Assembly: GCF_035594765.1 (NCBI RefSeq)
Contig: NC_085841.1
Coordinates: 353,843,402 to 353,907,401, forward strand
DNA from: Anolis carolinensis
Lineage: Eukaryota
Direction of reading: 5' to 3'
Length of the DNA stretch: 64,000 nt
In this document: positions 36,800 to 48,390 of the stretch, one piece after another
Layout of the letters: each line of letters begins with the position of its first letter
Numbering within the stretch: the first letter of the stretch is position 1
The notes under the pieces: generated by a model
Told to the model about the DNA's origin: nothing
Databases searched by the model: none
Seen by the model: only the letters and a program-made list of their open reading frames with translations
Position numbers and translations under genes: made by a program

Positions 36800-37535
36800 A
36801 GAGTTCCTTTCCTTTACCTGCACCCATAAAGTTAGGAGCAAACACAGCCTGGGCGCCGCCAGAAGGAGAAGCGCCCGCATGCCTGCTGCTCCGCGTCCGA
36901 GCCCCGCGCGCCTCCGCTGGGATCAGGCAAGGAGAAGGCAGCAGCCGCCGGAGAAGAAGGCGACGACGAGGACGAGGAGGGATCCGGCTCCACCAGCCAT
37001 CGACCGGCCCCTCCTGGGAGCATCGAGCAGCCCCTGCCAGCCCTTGCTGCCTGCGATTCCCGGCAAAACGCAGCAGAAGCGGCCACAGAAAGAGGAGGAG
37101 GAAAGGCGCTCTCCGTCTCCGCCGCTCCGCTCTCGCCGCCTCTCTGTATGCGCCTCTGCTGGCGCGGACGCCCAACAAGTAGGTGCCGGAGTGACAGCTT
37201 CATCGCCCATTAGTCAGCCGCGCCTCGGGCTACATATTCATGAGGCGAAAGGGGGCGGGACCAAAGCTGTGGAGGGCGGGGTTTTCAAAGGGGAGAAGAA
37301 GAAAAAAAAAAGAAGAAGAAGAAAAGCGGGGAGGGGAAGAGCGCGCGCACAATCCCAGTCTTCCTTTTATTTTATTTTTCCTTCCTCCCCCTGTTGACGC
37401 AGGCGCACAAGCCTCCCTTGACTCTTTTTTTTTTTTCTTTTTTCTTTGAGGCGCGCGCCTGCGCCTGCGCTTGACGGCCTGCCTGCCTCTGACTGACAGC
37501 CCACGCGCCGAAAGCGTGTCCGGTTTGGCCTCCAC
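36800..37535 (-). promoter_or_regulatory. JAG2: JAG2 CpG-island promoter and GC-rich 5' UTR
   Basis: High GC and many CpGs in an otherwise CpG-poor window. GC boxes (GGGGCGGG ~37252, GGGCGGGG ~37274), NRF1-like GCGCCTGCGC repeats at ~37455-37470, directly upstream of exon 1. The exact TSS cannot be determined. Confidence 0.85.
36818..36880 (-). CDS. JAG2: Jagged-2 coding exon 1 (signal peptide)
   Basis: Minus strand reads GCAGGC-ATG CGG GCG CTT ... TGG GTG CAG|gtaaag = MRALLLLAAPRLCLLLTLWVQ (21 codons). It is hydrophobic, ends in the LWVQ seen at the end of vertebrate JAG2 exon 1, has a canonical phase-0 GT donor at 36817-36816, and lies inside a CpG island. Confidence 0.93.
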
Positions 37536-37631
37536 TGCTCTTTCTCTATACTCGTTTCAGTTATTGTAAGTGTTGATTTGGTTTTTTTTTTTTTGTCTAT
37601 TTCTGAAGGGAAAGGGGTTTTTCCTTTGGAG

Positions 37632-37702
37632 CAGGCTGTTAGGAATTGTGGGAGTTGAAGTCCAAAACACCTGAAGGGAAGGCCCAAGTTGGCCCAGGCC
37701 TG
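37632..37702. mobile_element. Half hAT MITE at the promoter border
   Basis: Right arm only; shares the GGGAAGGCCCAAGTTGGCCCAGGC variant with the 30.0-kb copy. Confidence 0.8.
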
Positions 37703-37750
37703 CTTTGGAGGCAGTGTGCAATCAATGTGTTGTCGAAGGCTTTCATAATA

Positions 37751-38074
37751 AGGTAAAGGTTTCCCCTGACATTAAGTCCAGTCATGTCTGACTCTGAGGG
37801 TTGGTGCTCATCTCCATTTCTAAGCCGAAGAGCCGGCGTTGTCTGTAGATACCGCCAAGGTCATGTGGCTGGCATGACTGCATGGAGCGCCGTTACCTTC
37901 CCGCCGAAGCAGTACCTATTGATCTACTCACATTCGCATGTTTTCGAACTGCTAGGTTGGCAGAAGCTGGAGCTAACAGCGGGCGCTCACTCTGCTCCCG
38001 GGATTTGAACCTTGGACCTTTCGGTCTGCAAGTTCAGCAGTTCAGTGCATTAACGCACTTCGCCACCGGGGCTC
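37751..38074 (-). mobile_element. Sauria SINE
   Basis: Full-length reverse copy with TTTCATAATA repeated on both sides (TSD). Confidence 0.92.
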
Positions 38075-38425
38075 GTTTTCATAATAATAATATAATAATA
38101 ACTTTTTTTTTATATCCCACTCCCATCTCCCTAGAGGGGACTCGGGGCGGCTCACATGGGGACAAGCCCAGTTTCAACATACAATAAAATACAGCATAAT
38201 TAAACCAATGAAAAACAGGTAAAATAGTATAAACATACAAACCAACATAAAACATCAACATCAAAACATTAGAACATTAGAGTCTGAACATAATATACAA
38301 ACTGTAAGATAAAATTCAGCAGAATCTACAAGAGGCAATTAAGGATCTCATTACAGAGTTCAATTAATAAGAGTGGAGTGTGATAAAGTGCAGTAGTTGT
38401 GGCAACTAATAACTAACCAGAACTA

Positions 38426-38705
38426 TTTCATGGCAGGAATCGCTGGGTTGCTGTGAGTTTTGCAGGCTGTGTGGACATGTTCCAGAAGCATTCTCCCCTG
38501 ATGTTTCGCCCACATCTATGGCAGGCATCCTCAGAGGTTGTGAGGTCTGTTGGAAACTAGGCAAGTGGGGTTTATATATCTGTGGGATGTCTAGGATGGG
38601 AGAAAGAATTCTTCTCTGTTTGGGGCAGGTGTGAATGTTGCAATTGGCCAACTTGATTAGCATCGGACAGCCTTTCAGCTTCAAAGCCTGGCTGATTCCT
38701 GCCTG
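38426..38705 (-). mobile_element. Penelope-like pLTR fragment (its terminus lies at ~37727-37746)
   Basis: Reverse complement of 35360-35635; contains an intact CTGAGGA...GAAAC hammerhead core. Confidence 0.85.
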
Positions 38706-38732
38706 ACATCAGAAGAGCTGCAAGGCCTAGAA

Positions 38733-38824
38733 CAGGCATGGGCAAACTTTGGCCCTCCAGGCTGTTAGGAATTGTGAGAGTTGAATTCCAAAACACCTGG
38801 AGGGCCAAAGTTTCCCTATGCCTG
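38733..38824. mobile_element. Internally deleted hAT MITE
   Basis: TIRs CAGGCATGGGCAAACTTTGGCCCTCCAG / CTGGAGGGCCAAAGTTTCCCTATGCCTG; perfect TSD GCCTAGAA. Confidence 0.9.
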
Positions 38825-39539
38825 GCCTAGAATAAGCTACGAGAGTTGTTGCACCCCTAGACTACAGAGACACCTCAAACTACACTGAAGTCCCAGACTA
38901 TGAGCAAAGCAAGTTGTTCATTGAAGAATGTATGTAAGCAGAAGCAAATCAAAGTTCAACGTCAACGAAACAAGGTTTTAATCCATCAGGAGAATCTTGA
39001 AGCAAGGGTCCGTGGAAATCAAACACAAGAATAAACTTCAAACAATTTATCAAAATTAATCCAAGGAGCAGGAACAAAACTGGAACAAATAACAGGATCT
39101 TTAACTGGAACAAGAAATCCAAACTGCAGGGCTTTCAGGAACAATGACTTGATAATCCAAAATCCCCAGGAATAAGAACCAAGACTGGAACAAAACTCAA
39201 GATACAAGGCTACAAGAACTTGGCATGAAAATCCACAGGAACAAGAAACAGGATTCCATGAAGCATAAAACAGGAGTCCATGAAACACGCATGAGCTTGG
39301 CCTGCTATTCAGATGGACACCACCACCATCACCTGTTCATCTACCACTCCTAGTCAGAAACAGAGCTCAGTCTGAGTTCTTGGTCATCATGGGTGTCTCT
39401 GATATCCTCTGCTGATATCAGATAGAGTTGTCCACATGGCCAGTAAGAAGGAAGGAAGATCAACCCTCTCCTTCTTGCTGGTTATGTGGCCTCTCTGTTT
39501 TGACATCAGGCAGAGGAAGAAAAAATGGAAAGATTCCAT

Positions 39540-40530
39540 GCTGAACTCCAGAAGGAAAAACAGAGCTTCTTGTTAATCATAGGCAAATGAAGTACAAAAG
39601 TAGGAAAGAGTTCAGAATCGAAGAAAAAATTTGGCCTAATATCAGGAGATCACCTGATTGAATTTTGTTTCTTCATCGCAAACACTCTCTTCAAGCAACC
39701 CAAAAACTGATCATATACTTGGAAATTACTTGATGGCAAATGTAGAAAGCAGACAGACTACACAATTGGTAGCAGAAAATGGAAAAGCACAATTCCCTCT
39801 GTAAAAAATGTGATCAGGAGTTGATTGTTGCACAGACTGTGAACTACTAATATCAAAAATTAAAGTACAACTAAAGAAGAGCAACCATAATGCCAAAATA
39901 CAACATGAAGAACCAGCCTGTAAAACGTAAAGATAATGTGAAAAATAAGTGTGTACTATTATGCCTAATTAACTGGGCACCAGAAGAACTCTGGCATTGT
40001 CAGGATGGAATCCAAAAGACAATGTCAGCAGCCAAAAATATAGATAAGCTTAATGGATGGCAGATGAAACTCTTCAAGCAGTTAAGGACAGACAAGATGC
40101 AAAAATAAATAATAACAGGAATAAAGTCAGTGCAGTGCATTACATGACCAATTAGAAACAAAAAGATGATGGAAAATAAACACAGACTAGTATAAAAGAG
40201 ATGGAAGAATTGCAGATCCATTCAAGAGAGAGCCATTTGAAGATGAATCTCCAATTTAATAAGTGAAGTAGAAGCTGCACTCAGAGAAGTTGGGATAAAT
40301 AAATCACCAGGGTGGCATTGCAACAGAGTTGCTTCAAGCTACAAAGAAAGACTGCTAATTCTAACAAAAATTTCAACAAATATGGAAAACAAAACAATGG
40401 CCCACAAATTGGAAATGTTCAATATATATTACAACCCCCAAGAAAAGTAACACCCGGGATTACACTAAGCACAGGCCCAATTGCATTAATTTCCCTGTGT
40501 GTAAAGTGATGCTCAAGTTCTACAACTCTG
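39540..40530 (+). mobile_element. Highly degraded RTE/BovB-like LINE
   Basis: Purine-rich remnants resembling RTE endonuclease/RT regions (CTCTTCAAGCAACCCAAAA, AAATAAATCACCAGG, ATATGGAAAACAAAACAATGGCCCACA, ATTGCATTAATTTCCC); no intact ORF. Confidence 0.6.
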
Positions 40531-42495
40531 CAAAAGGCATTCTTTTCTTTCTCTGTCCCAAGACTCCTTCCAAGCAATGGTCACCCACAAAATCTTATCT
40601 TATATGGGATGGCAAGGAGGAAATTGTGGAGAGAACCCATCTTCCAATGTCTCTGCTGTGCAAATGTGGCTGACATGCTCTTCCATTTCCACTTCTGGGA
40701 CTATCTCAAAATCCAGTGAAAAATCAGAGAGTCTTTATGTTGCATTAAATGGTATGGGAAGAAACATCCACACATGGGGACTGACAGATGCTTGCCATTG
40801 AGAGCAAAGTATTTCTACATATGGGCTGGAAGTTCAGATACAAGCAAAGCTTGCTTTTGGGGAAAAAAATCCTTATATGTTGTGGAAATGAACCAAGCGC
40901 AAATTACTGAATGGTTCCCTCTACTTAAAGTTGTTATGTCTCTCATCTTGGGCCAAGGTTAGGGATTTATGTCCTTTTTAGAAAAGGGGGTGGGGGTCTA
41001 TTTGGTCCTTAGCAGGTAGAACAATCTATTTTTTCCCAAGCACCTGCCTACTTGCACCATAGTGTTTCACAGTTAATGTTTTCTCTAACCACATGTCGAC
41101 ATTTTACCAGCAATCTGGCCCTGTATAAACACCTCCAGGAGACTGCTCTCTCTTGAAGTAGATATTATTAGAAGGGATTGGGTGCATTTCTTTAGATATA
41201 TATTCACTGAGTTCCGTAACATTTCGTCACAAGTAAAGGGGGCGTAGTACTTTAGCTATAAGTATGGTTCCAATGCACCCAAGATATTTCTTAGTTTGTA
41301 AAGTTTGTGTCTATCTTATTTGTAAATGAACACTAAATACTTCACAGAACTCAGAAGTAGTAAGTTACAAATGACGAGCTACTTGTAATTATTTTCTCTT
41401 TTTTAAATCTCAAAATTGTAGCAATACATCCAGTACATACATCAATATTATCTCTAGAAAGTATTATGGTTCACATTAGAAATACTGTATCAGGTCTGCA
41501 ATTGCTTCTTGTCAAACTACAAGCTTGAAAATGTTATTTTTTGGGGGACCTCAACTCAGAGAAGGAGACCACCAAGCAACTTGGCATTTTCCAAATATAG
41601 CATAAAACAGTGTTAAAGATCTGGAGAATATTACCAGGCTATTCTAGTGTCCAAGTGTGTTGAGGCTGCCACGTGGTTCTATTAAACCTTTTCGCCCAGT
41701 CCCACAGCAAGCCTCCTACTGTACACAAGGGCTTGACATAGGGAGTGGCCTAAAATTGTGGAAGGGGGATATCTCCTGATTCAGGTCATCCACTGATTAA
41801 ATGTTCCTGCATAATGGATGGAACTGGATAATCTTTGTGGTCTCTTCCTTTTCTACGATTCTATGATTTTATGTGCTGAAGGATGTTGTACTCCCTTCTG
41901 GGTGCCAAGTTAACAATGAGATGAATGGAAGGAGATTCCATCCTGTTTTATGTGGAATAGACTATACAGTAAGTTTAGATGTAAATCTTCATTAGAGATT
42001 TTTTTTTTTAAACCAAAGGTTGGATGGCCATATCTCCAAGGGGCTTTAGCTGTGGATTCCTGCATGGACTGGAGGATCTTCTATGGTTCTATGATTCAGT
42101 GTTGTTGTTGTTGTTGTTTTTTTTTTTTTTAAAAAAAAAAAACCTAGACAAATGTAACAAATTAATATTGAATAACAGGAACATTACTGTAGCTATAATA
42201 GTATTTAATGATGGAAGGTTAACTTGGTACCATAAATGTGTCTAATTACTTTCCAAAAAGTAGCATTCCACATTCTAATGTTTCAGTGGTAACAGCCGTG
42301 TGTGGGATTTGCACCAGAAAATTAGAAGAGTAAAATAATACTCCTTTGTTCTGTGGTCCTGATCAAATGATGATCCTCCCAGGAAATATGTAGCCCCCAA
42401 ACATAAAAGTTGACCACGAGATGTGAAAGGCTAGGTAATAGCTGGGTATCCATACATTTATTTACTTATTTTTTGCAAATAAGGTCCTTCTAATC

Positions 42496-42630
42496 CAGTA
42501 GCTCTCAACTTGTGGGTCCCCAGGTGTTTTGGTCTAAAACTCCCAGAAATCCCAGCCAATTTGCCAGCTGTTAGGATTTCTGAGAGTTGAAGGCTAAAAC
42601 ATCTGGGGACTCACAGGTTTAAAACCACTG
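42496..42630. mobile_element. hAT MITE (same family as 177-311)
   Basis: Perfect TSD TTCTAATC (42488-42495, 42631-42638). Confidence 0.9.
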
Positions 42631-43926
42631 TTCTAATCCATGTCCACATCAGTAATAAGGCGAAACTAGCTGTGTTATTATCATTGTAGTAATGGTGAGG
42701 CCACAGACCATATTTTAATTCTTGTGGACCACTGATGGTCCTTGGACCACAGGTTGGGAACCACTGCTCTAAGAGAACAAGAAAGGATGACCCAGCAAAG
42801 AACATTTGTCAGCCCCGGGAACAAGGTACCAAAGTGGTAAGAAGGAAGAAGGTTAGTTAAGCACCTGTGGGTATGTGGAGCAGGCAAGTGCTATCGATTT
42901 CATTAAATTGCTGGCTCGTTAATCATCAGCTGAGGCTGAAAAAAGAGCTAATTACCTAATAACCCTCAAGAAATTTACAGTTCAGAAACAATATCCCGGG
43001 GGAGAAAATCCTGTCTTAATGGACAACTCTTCCGTTTTATAAAACCCCAAACCCTCCAGATATTGTTGGATTCCATAGCTAATGCAGATTCAGTTTCAAA
43101 TATTTTACAGCTCATAAGCTAGTTTAGCTGTAAGCCTCAGTTCAGTTTCAGTTTGTTAACAGCAGTCAAGTTGACTTTGACTTACAGTGACCTTATGACT
43201 GAGAGACCTCTAAGTTACCCCATCTTCAACAGCCATTGCAGACTTAGGGCCATGGCTTCCTTGCTTGAGTCTATCCACCTGAATTGGAGTCTTCTTTTTT
43301 CCTAATGCCTTCCACCTTGCCATTGTCTTTTCTAGTGAGTCATAGCTTCTCCAGATATCTTTCAAAGACTAGCTATTAAAACCAATTTTCAAAAAACTGG
43401 GGCTCAGCCAAGCTGATAGGGAGTCAGACTCTTGAATTCCCAGAGGAGCTCAAGCTACATTGCCTCCTTCACCCCCACCCACTGCCACTCCCACCCCAAA
43501 ACCTTTATCCCCAGGGTTCAATTGACCTAGGTTTCCACTTACTTGAGTCTGGTGCAGCCCAGTAAATGAGACAGTCCTCTTTCTCAATACACACACATCT
43601 TTTAACAGTGACATGCCTCAAACACCTGGAGAGAGGATCCATGTTTGGTTATATCTATGTTAAAAGCCCCCAAGCCAAAATGGGAGAGTTGAAGTGCAGA
43701 CATAATGCATATAAAGGGAGAGTGGAGGAATGAAAGAATCAGTGAGATACAGTAACCTCCAGATAAAACTTCCATCAGTGGAGTGGGATTCACACATCCC
43801 CCTAGATGTTGAAGTGCAATTCCTAGCATTGCTCGCTGACTCTGTTACTGGAGGACAAGTTTCAGCATGTCTCATTGGCTAGATTGGCAAAGACTCTTGG
43901 ATTTTGGAGTCTTGTGTCATCTAGAG

Positions 43927-44061
43927 CAGTGGTTCTTAACCTGTGGGTCCCCAGGTGCTTTGGCCTACAACTCCCAGAAATCCCAGCCAGTTTACCAGCT
44001 GTTGAGATTTCTGGGAGTTGAAAGTCAAAACATCTGGGGACTCACAAGTTGAGAACTACTG
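43927..44061. mobile_element. hAT MITE (same family as 177-311)
   Basis: Perfect TSD ATCTAGAG (43919-43926, 44062-44069). Confidence 0.9.
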
Positions 44062-44161
44062 ATCTAGAGGGAGGCACATTAATGATAATTTATTCATTTA
44101 TATCCACCCTTTTCTTCTGGATTAGGACTCCATATGGCTTACAAAACATTAAATCAAATAC

Positions 44162-45651
44162 AGAATCATAGAATAGTAGAGTTGGAAGAGACCACATGGG
44201 CCATCCAGTCCAACCCCCTGCTAAGAAGCAGGAAATCGCATTCAAAGCACCCCCGACAGATGGCCATCCAGCCTCTGCTTAAAAGCCTCCAAAGAAGGAG
44301 CCTCCACCACGGCCCCGGGGAGAGAGTTCCACTGTCGAACAGCCCTCACAGTGAGGAAGTTCTTCCTGATGTTCAGGTGGAATCTCCTTTCCTGTAGTTT
44401 GAAGCCATTGTTCCATGTCCTAGTCTGCAGGGCAGCAGAAAACAAGCTTGCTCCCTCCTCCCTATGACTCCCCCTCACATATTTATACATAGCTATCATG
44501 TCTCCTCTCAGCCTTCTCTTCTGCAGGCTAAACATGCCCAGCTCCTCATAGGGCTTGTTCTCCAGACCTTTGATCATTTTAGTCGGCCTCCTCTGGACGC
44601 TTTCCAGCTTGTCAACATCTCCCTTCAACTGTGGTGCCCAAAATTGGACACAGTATTCCAGGTGTGGTCTGACCAAGGCAGAATAGAGGGGGAGCATAAC
44701 TTCCCTGGATCTAGACGCTATTCCCCTATTGATGCAGGCCAGAATCCCATTGGCTTTTTTAGCAGCCGCATCACATTGTTGGCTCATGTTTAACTTGTTG
44801 TCCACAAGGACTCCAAGGTCTTTTTCGCACACACTGCTGTCAAGCCAGGCGTCCCCCATTCTGTATCTTTGATTTCCATTTTTTCTGCCGAAGTGAAGTA
44901 TCTTGCATTTGTCCCTGTTGAACTTCATTTTGTTAGTTTTGGCCCATCTCTCTAGTCTGTCAAGATCGTTTTGAATTCTGCTCCTGTCTTCTGGAGTGTT
45001 AGCTATCCCTCCCAGTTTTGTGTCGTCTGCAAACTTGATGATCGTGCCTTCTAACCCTTCGTCTAAGTTGTTAATAAAGATGTTGAACAGAACCGGGCCC
45101 AGGACGGAGCCCTGCGGCACTCCACTTGTCACTTCTTTCCATGATGAAGACGACGCATTGGTGAGCACCCTTTGGGTTTGTTCGCTTAGCCAATTACAGA
45201 TCCACCTAACCGTAGTTTTGTCTAGCCCACATTTTACTAGTTTGTTTGCCAGAAGGTCGTGGGGGACTTTGTCGAAGGCCTTACTGAAATCCAGGTACAC
45301 TACATCCACAGCATTCCCTGTATCGACCCAACTCGTAACTCTATCGAAAAAAGAGATCAGATTAGTCTGGCATGACTTGTTTTTGGTAAATCCGTGTTGA
45401 CTATTAGCAATGTCCGCATTTGTTTCTAAGTGTTCGCAGACCACTTCCTTAATGATCTTTTCCAGAATTTTGCCTGGTATTGATGTGAGGCTGACCGGAC
45501 GGTAATTGTTTGGGTCGTTCTTTTTTCCCTTCTTGAAGATAGGGACCACATTCGCCCTCCTCCAATCTGCTGTGACTTCTCCCGTTCTCCAAGAACTCTC
45601 AAAGATAATTGCCAGTGGTTCTGAAATAACTTCCGCTAGTTCCTTCAGCAC
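44162..45651 (-). mobile_element. Young 5'-truncated CR1 LINE; open RT-containing ORF2 fragment (~470 codons)
   Basis: ORF 44242-45681 contains NYRPVSLTS, YLDFSKAFDKV, SGVPQGSVLGP, KFADDTKL, EKDLGV and RPHLEYCVQFWAP, plus a CR1 tail. It has a 12-bp in-frame deletion in KPYEE(....)LGMF relative to the 2994-3449 copy. Confidence 0.97.
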
Positions 45652-45972
45652 ACCTTCAAAAAAGATAATTTTGAAATGCATTTGAACTGCCTATAAAATG
45701 AAAACCATTTCGAACAGGTTCATTAAAAAAGACAAGAGATAAAAATCAATAGAACATCTCACTCTTAAAAGCCTTGTGGTCAAGTTCCTAAAAGCTTGCT
45801 TGAATTGATTCACATTCCTGTTTTGTAGGATGAGCATAGAAGAGCCTAATGGGGATGGGTAGGTAGTGTTCATCTGTATATCAAAGAAGACATTTTATTG
45901 AACAAATGAGAGGTGTAAAAAGGGCAGATTCCCTTGTAGGATCACTTTGAGTGACAACAAGAGGCCCTCAAA

Positions 45973-46124
45973 GACCCCTTCTACACTGTTCTTATACCCC
46001 AGGATCTGATCCCAGGTTATCTGCTTTGAACTGGATTATATGAGTATCCACTGCCATATAATCTGGGATAATCAGATAATCTGGGATGAGATCTTTGGAT
46101 ATAAGGACAGTTTAGAAGGGGGTC
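45973..46124. mobile_element. Short palindromic MITE (GACCCCTTCTACACTG TIR)
   Basis: Inverted termini and internal dyad symmetry. Confidence 0.75.
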
Positions 46125-46214
46125 AATAATTTACTGGGGACCGATCAGCATGCTTTTAGGAGATGAGACCTGTTTAACCTTTTACATGGGAAGTAATTGT
46201 CATTATTAACTTGA

Positions 46215-46466
46215 CAGGCCCGTAGCCAGGATTTTGATTGGGGGGGGGGCTAGGTCTGAGTGAGAGAGGATCCACCCTAGCAGACCTTTTGTATCATTAT
46301 CCCAATACCCCCATGCATATGGGATATATTGAGCATAGTGATCAGATCATGATATGAATAAACATAACAGTACCAATAAGGCCTTCTTGAGGACCCCCCT
46401 GAGAATTTCGGGTGGGGGGCTGAAGCTCCTCAAGCCCCCTCCCCCCCCCCCCCAGCTACATGCCTG
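46215..46466. mobile_element. Non-autonomous hAT (Tip100-like TIR CAGGCCCGTAGC)
   Basis: Termini CAGGCCCGTAGC / GCTACATGCCTG with subterminal G and C runs; no TSD found. Confidence 0.65.
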
Positions 46467-46494
46467 GTTGGAGAAATCTCCGGGTCCCAAGTAA

Positions 46495-46920
46495 TAGTCC
46501 CACTATATTATATGTTTGTCAGGCCTCATCTGGAATACTACGTTCAGTTCTGGGTGCCTCATTTTAAGAGGAATATGGACAAGTTGGAGCAGGTTCAGGG
46601 AAGAACGGCAAGAGGCATGGAAAACAATACAGGAAGAAAGGTTAAAGGAGTTGGGAATGTTCAGCCTGGTGAAGAGAAGACTGAAGCAATGGCATGATTA
46701 TACTTTATACATATCTAAAGAGTTGTCACAAGGGAGCAAGCCTGTTTTCTGCTGATAGTCTTCAGTTACAGGAGGGAGGATTTCAATAAAATATTAGAAG
46801 GAATGTCTTGGCAGTAAGAGCTATTCAGCGAGAGAACCGATTGCTAGAGAGTGGTGAAATCTCCCTTTCTGGTCAGCTTCCTCAAAAAGAGGCCAGGCAG
46901 CTAGCTACTGGAGATGCTCT
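46495..46920 (+). mobile_element. Degraded CR1 3' region
   Basis: VRPHLEYYVQFWVPHFKRNMDKLEQVQ and ERLKELGMFSLVKRRL in shifted frames. Confidence 0.85.
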
Positions 46921-48189
46921 AATCATGACCCATTTCAGTTCTAAGTTTAAGAGGGATCCAGTTGTTTCACTTGGACTTCCCAAAGGCTTTTGATGATGGC
47001 CCTCACCAATGATGCCCCTGCCAATGCAGCTGTCATAGGATCACAGGAAAGATCCCCTTATGTATTGGTAAAAAAGAGTAGGAAATAAACAATTCTTGCA
47101 ACAGAAAAATCTAAGTAGGATTTAGCAGTGATCCATATTGGGGTCCTTTTTATTTATTTTAAAAGATATTGTTTGTAGTTAGGTACATCAGCCATGTTAA
47201 GAATGGCTCAGACCGTACTGCAAGTAGGGCTTGGATGTAATTTGTTAAAAACTAATTGGTTAATTTTAAACTGCAGTTTTAAAAACTGTATTTTTATCAT
47301 TGTTATAGCAACATCAACTATTTTAGTCTGAAATTCAAAAGAACTATCAATTGGGTAGGACTGAAATACCAGCCCTACTGTTTCTCCCAAATGAAGTACG
47401 GAGCTGGGATGAGCCTTGAAACTGAGCAAGAAGGCAAACAGATAACAAATAGTAACTTTGGCCAAAGAATCTACCAAGCCGCAGCACTGCTTTCAGCCCA
47501 GCACTGGTTGAGACAGGTAGCATTTGTTTTAAGCATCAGTATTATATAGAACTTCAGAGTTATGTAGACAATGACAAAGTGCACATGAACAGCATCTAAT
47601 GCATATGTAGTAATCCTTATCTGAGGTCTATGTGACAAGTACAGAATGTATTCAGAGCTTATTTATTAAAAGGATGTTCTCAAGATCTGGCACTGTATGT
47701 AAACATAACTTCTTGTTGTTGGCTCTGATCATGTAATATTGCAGTTACAGGATTTCTGGCATAGCACAATTGACACAGCTCATGGGGAGCTCATGCCATG
47801 GGGAGGCATCAGCTATGGACTTGATCAAGCTCACTAAAACAGATCAGCATACAACTAAATCTGCAATTCTTATTTTACACCAACAAGTGTGATAAACCCT
47901 ATCCCTGAAATATATCCAGGACTTTGGATATTTCCTTAGTCTGGACTGAAGCCCAGAATGGACTAATCACCCATTGACAGATGCCAGCTGCTATGATTAT
48001 TAACAATTAATGTAACAGTGTTCAATTTTTCCAGTGAAATAATGAATGCTTTCTATGTTTTTATCCAAAATTAACATTAACAATGTTTCCTCACCTGTAT
48101 CATCATTTTTGGGGTGGTGATGAAGATTCTCTCACATATATACAGAAACACGTACTTCATTCTAAAATTAGTTGAGTAGTGTGTTTCTC

Positions 48190-48390
48190 TGGAGACAGTG
48201 TGGTGTAGTGGTGTAAGTCTTAGACTACGGAAGACCAAGATTCAAATCTCAGCTCAGTCATGGGGACCCTTTGGGCATCCCTAGGAAAGTTGTACTTCCC
48301 TAGCCTAAAAAAGGAGGCAATGGCAACTTGACCAAATCTTGCCTAGAATAAGGTTCTGTAAGTCAGAGTTGGCTTGAAAGCCCATCACGA
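48190..48390 (+). mobile_element. Old tRNA-derived CORE-type SINE (Squam3/MIR-like); related copies at ~27860, ~52110 and ~58545
   Basis: GTGTGGTGTAGTGG A-box, GATTCAAATC B-box and shared AAATCTTGCC motif. Confidence 0.65.

Larger units (their letters stand above)
32561..36817 (-). other. JAG2: JAG2 intron 1 (4257 bp, GT-AG), TE- and tandem-repeat-rich
   Basis: Bounded by the exon 1 donor and exon 2 acceptor; the reading frame joins as ...WVQ|VSQSTG... Confidence 0.9.

Noticed and set aside
44242-45681. 479-aa reverse transcriptase as a host or novel RT-system gene
   Set aside because: It is a standard 5'-truncated CR1 ORF2 with a CR1 tail; the first ~10 residues come from flanking DNA.
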